A stretch of DNA of 64,000 bases from Tubiluchus corallicola (Eukaryota > Animalia > Priapulida), in NCBI GenBank assembly GCA_030141605.1, contig JAQGDQ010000954.1:1-64000 (forward strand), read 5' to 3'. This document shows, piece by piece, positions 1 through 24,820 of the stretch. Under the pieces are notes generated by a model. That model was not told the DNA's origin, made no database searches, and saw nothing but the letters and a program-made list of their open reading frames with translations. How positions within the stretch are numbered: position 1 is the stretch's first letter; the number at the start of each line of letters is the position of its first letter. Both the position numbers and the translations under genes were made by a program.

Positions 1-253
1 TTATACCAGCCCTCTGTTATACGATAAGTGTCAACACAGACGATACTTAAACTTTGATAAGAAACGTTTATGACAGAAGCAAACCTATCGATATCTGACA
101 ATCGTTGAACATTCTTACAGTAGTATGAACGGAACAAATTGACACTGACTTACAACCAAAGTTTCCTGAAGTGGTTGATGCAATAGATATGTATATATAG
201 CGTTGCTTACAATGTAAGTAAATTAAAAATATTTGGTGTAATTATTTACATCC

Positions 254-338
254 ACGACAACGACAACGACAGCAACAACAACAGAACAACAACAACAACA
301 ACAACGTCAGCAACAACAACAGAACAACAACAACAAAA

Positions 339-372
<34 letters not shown>
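254..372. repeat. (CAA)n microsatellite
   Basis: Imperfect CAA/CGA run. Confidence 0.95.
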
Positions 373-670
373 TCCTGATCTGAGAAAAAGCTGCATAGTT
401 TAATTTGTCAACATTAAAATATCTGTCCGTTTGAACTACGCTATTTTGTTTTATATAGCATTTGAGAAAATACTGAAAATTCTACTTATAAAAGCAAGAA
501 CCGAGGTGTACTGAATCATCAATATAAGATGCCAGTAAATTGCGGAGGTAATGTGATAATTTCTTAACTTTTGTGTTTCATATGGAGATACGTTCATGCA
601 AGAATAGGACCGCTTTACCTATAGGACTGACTAGGTAGATTAGGCTGTAGAGTTGACACTTTGTACTTAA

Positions 671-1090
671 AGGGCAAGAAAAGGGGTACCTGAAGTAGGT
701 TTCAGGAAAATCGCCTTAAAATGATATTATTTTACAACATTTTTGTGCATATATCGTGCTCGCGTTAAAAGGAATTTTTGTTTGTTTTCATTTTAAATCT
801 CCCGCAATACTGTTCTAACGGCGCCATTACATGACGTCATATATGCACAACGTAAATCAGGGGAAGAAAAGGAAATGTTAAACTGTGTCCCAGGAAAATC
901 TACATGCAAAATTACATTACTTAGCATTTCGCTTACCTGCTTGAAAGACTTATGAAACTAGAAATAATAGTGTAAACTGTTTGTGCCAATTGCTAAAATA
1001 CCGCTGACTTACCCTCCAGGGTGCACCACTCACTAACCAAAAACGTATTTTTAATCTTATTGACAAGATACAGTAATTTAAAATTTTATT
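671..1090 (+). mobile_element. Dispersed TTAA-AGG (Kolobok-like) non-autonomous DNA element, left part
   Basis: ttaa|AGGGCAAGAAAAGGGGTACCTGAAGTAGG; ~300 bp shared with 21447-21750; diverged inverted copy at ~1850-2110. Confidence 0.55.
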
Positions 1091-1566
1091 CGGTTAGTGA
1101 CATATGTGCTACCAATGCTCTGATTATTTTTAAAACTTTACTCAATGTTATCTAAACTAGTTTCAAATAACTTATCATCAAAATGGCTGCACCTAACCGT
1201 CATCGCCGGAGTTTAAATTTCCAAGTTTTATACAACATTACTGCCGACACAAGCCCTGTATGAAGAAATGGATTAAGTAAGTAAGTGGTATAAATTTTCA
1301 AGACAAATTTTTTAAGCTTCATGTAGGTGAAAGGTTTTTTCGTGCTTTAACAACATTGTTACATTTTTCGTAAAACAGCTGGTGTTTTGTTACAGGAATT
1401 AAATATTCTTTTTGCTACTTCATTTTGTTGTACAGTCACTTGCAATCTTAATTGCAGTAATTATTAATTCACACATTAAGACTTTTCGATTCGTTTCCGT
1501 GAAAATGATCCTCTCTTAAAGACATTTTAATTTCAGCCATCACATTTATAGGATCTCCATGGAAAC

Positions 1567-15579
<14,013 letters not shown>

Positions 15580-15800
15580 TTATGCAAATTGAAAGGCTTA
15601 ATTTAAAACCTGTTTTACCCTGATATTTGAACACTGCTACATTATTGCTACTATCATAAATAAAAACATAAAATTGTTCAGTATTCGCATATTCTTCAAA
15701 AATGATTTGATCAACCTGCTTCGTCAAATTTTTGTCAAAATTCTAGATAAAAAGAGGCCTACAAATGATCAAGACGTTCAAATCAGACGCTCTGGACGTT

Positions 15801-15953
15801 ACTTAGGTAACCAGACTCGACTTAAGTAACTAAACTCGACTTTAGGTAACCAGACTCGACTTAAGTAACTAGACTCGACTTTAGGTAACCAGACTCGACT
15901 TAAGTAACTAGACTCGACTTTAGGTAACCAGACTCGACTTAGGTAACCAGACT
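15801..15953. repeat. 39-bp (19+20) dimeric tandem repeat
   Basis: TTAGGTAACCAGACTCGAC / TTAAGTAACTAGACTCGACT alternating. Confidence 0.9.
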
Positions 15954-17641
15954 GAATCTAAAACTAACGCATTAGAAAATAATATTGTAGTGATAGCTTG
16001 TGTCAAACATTTAAACAAATATTCTGATACATTTGTGAAACTAAAAATCAGAAAATATACTTTGCAACAAGAACTTATGATTGTATTTAAAGTTACAAAG
16101 AAGATCCTGACTGTTCTATGGCGGTCCTGTTCATCCCGGAAATCCAGTGTAGCATAATTAATCCCGGAAATCGAGTGTAGCAGGGTAATTGGTAGCCATT
16201 TGACTTGTAATGGAATAATTAAGTTTTTCTGTATTCTTTTCACTTCACTGTTTTGCACATCCATCTTAATTATAAAGACCCGCTAAGGCCTTCTAAAAAC
16301 TTTCGTGATTGTATTTCTACTTGGAAAAATTGAAGCCCTTTTAAACATTTTAATGACTTAAAAACGTATAAAAACTATTTTCTGGGATTATAGAAACGTT
16401 TAAGAGTCATAAGTCATTTATTTCACATTACACATTTACAATAGTTTCATGTACAATATCTAGTGAAAGGACCTACAATGAACATAATACACATAAGAAA
16501 TACTGCATAGGAAAAGCCTCAAACACTGTGCACCTATATACACAAATGTAAATGTGTTGCGGGCAATCAATTTATTGTGTGCACAATCATATCATTTTTC
16601 AACGAGAGCTAATTATGCAAACTTTGTGGTAAGATCTTTTGTCAAGACGACGAACATCCTTTTTTCTTTTTTTACACTTTGATTCTAACGTAATGTTTAC
16701 CGACTGTTCTCCACTTGTGATGCGCAGTAAGAAAAGCGCATGCGCTGGTCTGTTTCTGCCGTCAGAGGCGCAATCGAAGTACCGTGTTGCTTGTAGTTTT
16801 TCCCGCGCGATTAAAAAGAAGCTAATCACTCGTTTTGTAATTAGTTACGCAACAAAATATGTTCGATTTGTTTCCCAGAGACAAGTTTAGTACATTCACT
16901 TTGGTGATATTCCCCCCTTTAACTGATATAATTTTCCATTCAAAATGTCGTCCCGAGTCGAGGCAAGGTCAAATTTTATTAGTAAAACTTTTTATATACT
17001 ACGTCTATACCATATTGATACGCAGTTTGCATACCATGCCTCGGGACCCTAGCTGTGGCGGGTCTAAAGCTGCACTACGTCATACTTTGTTGTTGTTTTA
17101 ATTTTCATTTATTCTTACAAAAACTTTAAGGTACAAACAGAAACAATCCTCGCTACAGAAATTCTTATACGGGTTCACGCAATTCTGACAGCAATAGCGA
17201 CGGCCATGTTTGATATTATAAGAAAGTTGAAGAGAAACTTTTGCAACAGGACGCCCCATCAAGTCACTAGCTGACATCAATGTACACTTTATTGCTTGAA
17301 GGCTTTAAGCTACATTCATTGACAAGCAGTACGTGACTCTGGCACAGGCAAAGCATTAAATCTGGTTAGTTGCTAGAAACTACAAAGAATTAACGCCTCA
17401 CACGCTCACAAAAAATGGTTTTTTAACTCCAATTTTTGATCTGTGCTCTATAGTTCAAATGTTAATGAAATCTACGCATGCGCAGTCCCTTCAGCGCGAG
17501 AACGTTGGGTAAAAACTTGCAAACCCACCCCTCGCATTCGCAAAAATGGGCAAAACTTGAAAAGAAGGGTCTAGCTGAACACGAGAGAGGTATGTGTCTT
17601 ACACACAGGTCTGATCAGCGTGGTGAACGGGAGAAGACAAC

Positions 17642-18242
17642 ATGGCAGAGTTCAAGAAAAAGAGACAAAAGAGGTTGATATTGTTGGTGATCGTGCTGAG
17701 TTTAGTGCCAGTTATCATCGTCATTGCGCAGAACATTGTCTGGATGAAAGAAGCTGGCAAGACGGTTGTGAACATCAACAAACTTCACGAATCTTTCAAC
17801 TTTACGCTCAAGGTTGCTGACATCATGGACAAGATACAGACAGAAAGACATTTGACGCTAATCTATCTGGCCGCTACGAGTTCGCAAGGACGTAATCTGG
17901 TGCAGAAAACGTTAGAAAAAGCGTACGAAGCAACCGACCAAGCTTTTGAAATCATTAAATTTGATGAGTGGATTCGAGGTTCCGACGCGTTTCGAAGTCA
18001 AAATGACCTCAATGCGTACATTCGACAACACCGCACGGACCTCCAACCAAATTCTCCCAGAAAAGGGGAACTGAAATTCTACAATGACATCAATGAGAAA
18101 CTGTCGCATTGGGTTTCCGGTCAGCTCAAACAGGTGTCGCATACATCGAGCTGGGATACCATCACCTCGTTTATACTGTTAACCGAAGGAAAGGAAAGGA
18201 CCTCAAGGGCTGACACGCTTGGGACGATTCATTTTATGACCG
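17642..18242 (+). CDS. NIT-domain protein exon 1
   Basis: Long open frame from ATG to ACC G|gtattt, phase 1. Confidence 0.85.
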
Positions 18243-19561
18243 GTATTTCATTCTATTATGATTCCTATTATGACGCTATGCTGTATGCTCCAGAAAAATA
18301 GCATAAAATTAACTAATATTACGTTGATGTATAATATAAGTTTTGACCACATTGACATTAAATTTGACTGTGGAGATCTCACTGAGGTTTATAAAAACTG
18401 GTCGGAAACGAAAAGATTTCATTTTGTCCTTATTTAAAGTTAATCAAATAATTGTTTTTATCTAAACTTGCAAAGCCATAAACTCAACTAAACTGCGTAT
18501 TTTCTTGATTACAAAATGGTTTAATCAGCAACTCACAGACGTAAGCATTGTGCATTTCTTCCTATAAACGAAACTAGACTATATATGTCGCATATTGTAT
18601 CGAGTACGCGATTGTGGTATTATGTGATCAATTTAATTGTCAGTCTACTACACTGAAGTACTGATTTAGTCTATGCTGCCATCTACACTCTCTGACAAAC
18701 TTTGTACAATTAGAGTGTAGATGGCAGCATAGACTAAATCAGCACTTTAGTGTAGTAGACTGACAATTAAATGGATCACATAATACCACAATCGCGTACT
18801 CCGTACAATAAGCGACAATATATTTCCACAAATTCACTTGCATTTTTCGATAGACAAGTTGCAGTCTGGGGCTCTCAACCTCGAAGCTTGACGGGCCCTA
18901 GACTGTAGCCTATGCTAGCCTATAGGATAATCCACCCCTGGTTGCAAAGCTTGAGGGGCCCTAGACTGCAGCCTATACTAGCCTATAGGATAATTTGGCC
19001 CTGGTTGTTCGTCTGTGCACCCCTTTCAACCAGATGTTAGTAGAATTAATTATTGATTTTTGCGTTTTAGGATCGCTTAATGATGAAAACCACAAGAACT
19101 TCGTAAAAGCGAGTACTTTAGGCAAATTCTTTCTTCAAAACATCTTTCCCGCCTCTCCAGACACGGAAGGCGCCTATCGAGACTACACGTTATCCAAAGA
19201 CTACAGACAGAAGACCAAGTTGGACGCAGAAGTTCTAAACCAGAATCCGGTGGAAAACATGGCAGACAAGGTAAAAGAATGGAATCGCCTCCAAAAACCA
19301 TACGCCAAGTTGCTGCGGGAAATGTCTAACAACCTGCAGGACAAATTCGAACAGGATCTACGAGCAGAGAAACATGAGCAGTCAAGAGTCATTGGAGCAG
19401 GCGTGGCCGTACTCATCATCTCCCTCCTATGTTGGTTTATTGTGGTTATCTTGGTGAGAGCGTACGAATATGTGGCAATCAAGGCAGAGATGAAGTTGAT
19501 GATGAGATCAGCAACTGCCAAAATGCTCACCATGGCAGGCATGGCGGCCAGTATAAAATGA
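17642..19561 (+). CDS. NIT (nitrate/nitrite-sensing) domain protein with two TM helices and no cyclase domain, 363 aa
   Basis: join(17642-18242,19071-19561) = 1092 nt; caacATGG Kozak; basic N-tail + TM1 (LILLVIVLSLVPVIIVIA); NIT-like IMDKIQTERHLTLIYL, YEATDQA, FYNDIN, GKERTSRADTLG; TM2 (VIGAGVAVLIISLLCWFIVVILV); ~35-aa tail then stop. Confidence 0.8.
18586..18817. mobile_element. Palindromic MITE-like inverted repeat (~105-bp arms, ~21-nt loop)
   Basis: Arm 18586-18690 is near-perfect reverse complement of 18712-18817; TA-rich flanks. Confidence 0.8.
19071..19561 (+). CDS. NIT-domain protein exon 2
   Basis: gttttag|GA TCG, phase 1; open to TGA at 19559-19561. Confidence 0.85.
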
Positions 19562-19668
19562 GAAAGTTTTTGCAAAACGCCAAAAGATGGCGCGCTGTCT
19601 GTTATTAGAAACAATTGTGTGTGATGTCGTCTAATCACAAAAGTCTGCTAACCTTGAAAACAGTTTAA

Positions 19669-20130
19669 AGGGAAACTCAACGATTTATTAGAGACTCAAT
19701 CTCATTTTAATTTCCTGTGCAAAATATACATTTTCTTGCCTATAAAAGTTAACATATACTTGAATAATGAGCTTAGAACGTTAATTAACGGCAACCGAGC
19801 ACAGCTATTGCTTACGTCAGAAACTAACCACAGTTTGTGCAATGGCAGGTATCTCCCTTGCGCGTCAAGCACGATTGCGTAAGTGTTACAGTACTGCTTA
19901 AACGCGTGATGTCACGAAAATGGGCTATGCGTCATATGACGTCAGAAACTAACACGGCAGTTCATAATCATGGTTATCACGGTACCGCCTTCTATTTGTC
20001 GGCCACGCGCATGTCACAAAAAGGCATCGTTGCCAATCTTAGTAGATTTACTTACCCGCGCGTAACTTTGAAAGTTTAATAAAATTGAAGTGCATTCTTT
20101 ATTCTGAACTCGTGTTTACACAATCATCCT
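19669..20130. mobile_element. TTAA-flanked AGG...CCT (Kolobok-like) MITE
   Basis: ttaa|AGG ... CCT|ttaa; TIR otherwise weak. Confidence 0.45.
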
Positions 20131-20179
20131 TTAAGTGGCGCTCGTCACATTCATTGAAATCTCAAAATTTGCATTTAAA

Positions 20180-20216
<37 letters not shown>

Positions 20217-20460
20217 TTCCTTTCTCGTTTTAAACTTTTTGTCAATCGAATAAAAAAACTTTAAAATACTGAATGGAATATTCCTTCATTGAATATTTTC
20301 TGCCAAGTATTTAAAAATATTAGTAGTATTACAATCATCAATAATTATTGAGTCCATTCATTATCGCTCAACTTTATGAATAATGAGTAAATAAGACTGC
20401 AACAGCCTTGTAAGAACAGCCAAATTACACCATTTCTCTATGTTGATTTTTAGCAGTTCT

Positions 20461-20778
20461 GCGTGTGTGTGCGTGTGCGTGTATGCGTGTGTTCACGTGT
20501 ATGTGTTTGCGTGTGCATTGCATGTGTGTGTGCATGTGTGTCTGCGCACATGTGTGAGGGTGTGTGCGTGTGTTCACAGGTGTGTGTATGTGTGTGTTTG
20601 CGTGTGCATTGCATGTGTGCGCGCATGTGTGTCTGTGCACATGTGTGAGGGTGTGTGCGCGTGTTCACGGGTGTGTGTATGTGTGTGTTTGCGTGTGCAT
20701 TGCTTGTGTGCGTGCATGTGTGTCTGTTCACATGTGCGAGGGTGCGTGCGTGCGTGTGAGGGTGTGCGCGTGCGTGTG
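20461..20778. repeat. TG-rich ~91-bp tandem repeat, ~3.5 copies
   Basis: GTGTGCATTG recurs at 20511, 20602, 20693. Confidence 0.9.
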
Positions 20779-21446
20779 GATGAAGTGTCCATACGTAGAC
20801 TGCACACGTCCCCGCCCACATTTTAACCTTTACTTCTTCATTCCATATTGAAAAAAACAAAAAACAAAATTGCGATTAACAAAAGTTTCGTGTTTTTGTG
20901 ATTTAATTTCCACTCGAAACACCGATTTCTAGCCAACCAATAATTTCAATTCAATTCAAAATCATCTTTTATTTCTGCATTGAAAATGCCTGACAACACA
21001 CTAAGCATGATCATTACGTAAACACAGACAAACACAACATACTAACACTCTATTAACTACATGTAACAAAGAAAAAATAATTAAAAGCCACCGAAACAAA
21101 ACAAGAAAAACAACAAACAAAAATTGATGGTTGCTATCAAAGCATTGCAACCCTGGTATAAGCATAAAATGTGGATGGAAGAAATAAAGAAATAAATCTA
21201 TACATATACATGTATATATACACACATATAGATATATACTATTGTTCTATATACCAATATACCACCAAATATATATCATATACATATGTATATATATTAG
21301 ATTTATTTCTTCCATCCACATTTTATATATATATATATATATGTGTGTGTATATGTATATTATTTATTTATTACCTTTATTTATTTTGAGTGGATTTACA
21401 ACACAGTGACATCTATTACTGATCACAGTAGTGCAGTAATATTTAA

Positions 21447-21750
21447 AGGACAAGAAAAGAGGTACCTGAAGTAGGTTTCAGAAAAATCGTCTTAAAAAAT
21501 TATATTACTTTATAGCATTTTTATGTGCATATCGTACTCGTCTTGAAAGGAATTTTTGTTTGTTTTAATTTTAAATTTCCCGCCACACACTGTTCCGACT
21601 GCACCATTACATGAGGTCACGTAAATCAGGGGAAGAAAAGGAAATGTTAAACTATGTCCCAAAAAACTTTAGATGCAAAGTTATATTATTTAGCAGTTCG
21701 TTTACCTGCTAGAAAGACTTACGTAACTAGAAATAATATTTTAAAATGTT
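21447..21750 (+). mobile_element. Second copy of the TTAA-AGG element at 671
   Basis: ttaa|AGGACAAGAAAAGAGGTACCTGAAGTAGG, colinear with 671-980. Confidence 0.65.
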
Positions 21751-23579
21751 CGTAGACGAGTACGATATATGCATAGAATTGCTATAAAGTATCTTCGGTA
21801 CATTTGTAGCCTGTTTTCCATTAGAATACAAATTTAGACACTGGTGTTTGACTTTGTGAGAAATTACATTGGGCCCTGTTGTTAAAGTTAACAGGTTAAA
21901 AGCAATTATCTACCAAAGCCCAAGTCAGCAGGTTGTATACTTTTAATTTCAGAGTTCCCTGGTTTTAGAAAGCATTACCGACGCATGCGCACGCGCTTCA
22001 CAAAAATATCACCCTTTCTGACTCTGACATTTAAGTTTATAAGCCAGTAAATAGGCCGTCGGTAATTAAATTAGCTCACTGTGCTTTTTCTTTTGGGACT
22101 GCCATAAATATTTCAACGTTTCTGTTCTTTGAAAGGCAACCGTATTTCATGCATAAAAATTTATTGCTTAAAGCGAAGCCTGGCGTAATCTCGTGATAAT
22201 AGATTTCCATGTTTTTCAACTTGTGAGGAACAAAAGGTACTGTTTTGTATTTTCAGTTTGTCCTTTTGTATCATTAATATAGTACTAGCAAAAGCCCCGC
22301 AAAAATTTTGCTTATAAATACACTTATAATCAACAATGCGCGAACGTTCTATCTAGTGTTTGTCTGTTTATCTAACGCAAGCAGCTTTTACTGAATTAAA
22401 GTTATAAGCAGAGTATAATGGATGACGTCAGAACAATGGAATGCGTCAGCAGTTTTCCAAACGAAAATTGCCAAAAATAGAACATCTAATTAACTCGTCG
22501 GTACTCCTCTTGCTGGACCTGCCCTAAAATATAGCCCACATCATCGTGTAGCCCTGTTCTTCCTCTTTCTAAAAAGCCGCATATCTCCTTTCGAGAGTCC
22601 CACCAGGCGCCGCTAGAACGTTTTTTCTGCAGGCTGTTTGGTCAAATTTTCGAAAAAATCGGGAGTTAGGTCCGGGGAAACGCCCGTTGCGGGACGCCGT
22701 GGCCCTCTCGCGAATTCTAAATACGCCTATGACACCCACAGATATATTATTTATTCTTCTTTTTGGCTTCATTTATAGTTTGATGATGGCTTCAGTAGCC
22801 GAAACTATGTTTCTTTCGTGTCTTAAATATTGCTGTGTTTGGATGCTAATAAGTTTTTACACTTGTCGTTTCAATGTATCAGTTTACTGGTTTTTTTGCA
22901 CAGTGTTTTGAGTGGATACAATCTTGTTTTAATATTGTTGTCCAAAACATTTGCAAAAACACTAGAAACTGATACGGATAGTTCGTGCAAACAAGCCAGC
23001 CAATAAAAAGAACCAGAAAATTTGAGGGTTTATGACCTTGTCGTTTTTGTTTTGCTGACGTCAACTGAATATTGGCCAATCAAAATGCAGCATTTCACAC
23101 ACCTCCTTACATCTGACGTTGGTTTCTGTGCTGATTTCTATTTCAGAACGGGGTGACGAGTTGCAGTTCAACACAAATAGAAAGGAGTGCTCGTAGATGG
23201 ACGCCAGAAACTACACCCAACTTGGTTCAGCTCTGCAAAAGTTTGCATTTTTGACAGAAAATAAGCAGCAGATCACGCAAGCAAAGCAGCCATGTTTGAC
23301 GCTTCGTTTACCAGGCCTTGCTAATAGGAAGTCTGTCAAACTTCACATTAGAAGCCAGTTTTCGTCTGGTAGCAGAGAAAAGCAACAGCTGTTCGAATAT
23401 GAAGACAGAGTGGACTTCACCTAAAAAGGTATGTGAAAGGTGTATCCATTAATTTTATTTAATGTGAATGCAAATTTTGCCCTTTATTTTTCTTTTAACG
23501 ATTTAATGAAAGTATTGAAACCTCTTAAATTAACAAAAATGAACTAAACGGCTGCAGCGATGATTTAAAAGGGTAAATA

Positions 23580-24820
23580 CAGGGTGTCTCTGAAGTAACT
23601 ACACACTTTGCATTTTTTATGTTTTAACAAACAAAACAAAATGTTTTAAAATTGGTAAAGATGAACTAAAACCTTAGACAATTCATGTAGTTAAAATAGT
23701 CAAGTTGCTTAGCCAAACTATCCAAGTTGCATAGCTAAAATAGTTAAGTTACATAGCCAAAATAGTCAAGTTGCATAGCCAAAATAGAAGTTACATAGCC
23801 AAGATAGTCAAGTTGCTTAGCCAAAATAGCCAAGTTGCGTAGTCAAAATAGTCAAATTACATAGCCAAAATAGGCAAGTTGCATAGCTAAAATAGCCAAG
23901 TTGCATAGCCAAAATAGTTAAGTTACATAGCCAAAATAGTCAAGTTACATAGCCAAAATAGTCAAGTTACATAGCCAAAATAGTTAAGTTACATAGCCAA
24001 AATAGTCAAATTACATAGCCAAAATAGTCAATTACATAGCCAAAATAGTCAAGTTGCATAGCCAAAATAGAAGTTACATAGCCAAGATAGTCAAGTTGCT
24101 TAGCCAAAATAGCCAAGTTGCGTAGCCAAAATAGTCAAGTTACATAGCCAAGATAGTCAAGTTGCTTAGCTAAAATAGCCAAATTGCATAGCCAAAATAG
24201 TCAAGTTGCGTAGCCAAAATAGTCAAGTTGCATAGCCAAACTAGTCAAGTTGCATAGCCAAGATAGTCAAGTTGCTAAGCTAAAATAGTCAATTTGCATA
24301 GTCAAAATAGCCAAGTTGCGTAGCCAAAATAGTCAAGTTGCATAGCCAAAATAGTCAAGTTGCATAGTCAAAATGGTCAAGTGAGAGAAAAATCTGGAAA
24401 GAACAGCTGCACTAATAGGATGTGCTATTTTCACTACCATTTTTGGGGACCTCAAGACCTTTAGAGACCAGTCCAACAGTAAATGTGGTACCTTGCATTG
24501 AGATAAGTCTCTCACAGCCAATGAGTGGTGAGAAATGGCTGCACAGTGTTGAAAAACTGCATTGTTAAATGTGAGAGAACAATGTGGTCCATGTGGTGCT
24601 CTGAATTTCCACTGAACGTCAGCTGGTGATTAAGCAACATTTTGCCAGGCTGATTTTGCATCTCATTTCTGACGTTACTGTCATCACCATAGCAACGGGT
24701 TCCAGTCAACAAATAAATAAAAATAATTGCCAAAAGCCCTCTTGAATCATGTAAAAGCTTGTCGAGATCGGAGAAAAAAGCTTAAAACGAAAAATGTATG
24801 ACAACTTTTGAGACACCCTG
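23580..24820 (+). mobile_element. Tc1/mariner-like non-autonomous element with internal satellite
   Basis: TA|CAGGGTGTCTC ... GAGACACCCTG|TA; possible decayed transposase C-terminus (YHFWG at ~24435). Confidence 0.8.
23685..24381. repeat. 22-bp tandem repeat, ~32 copies
   Basis: Unit CATAGCCAAAATAGTCAAGTT(G/A). Confidence 0.95.

Noticed and set aside
19445-22500. Downstream guanylyl cyclase exons completing a NIT-GC
   Set aside because: No cyclase motifs (e.g. VTIxFSDIVGFT, KVETIGDAYM) seen in the ORF track or by eye; region is repeats and low complexity. Very short or distant exons cannot be excluded.
23197-23424. 75-aa ORF as a protein gene
   Set aside because: No recognisable homology; stop precedes the nearby donor; kept only within a low-interest transcript hypothesis
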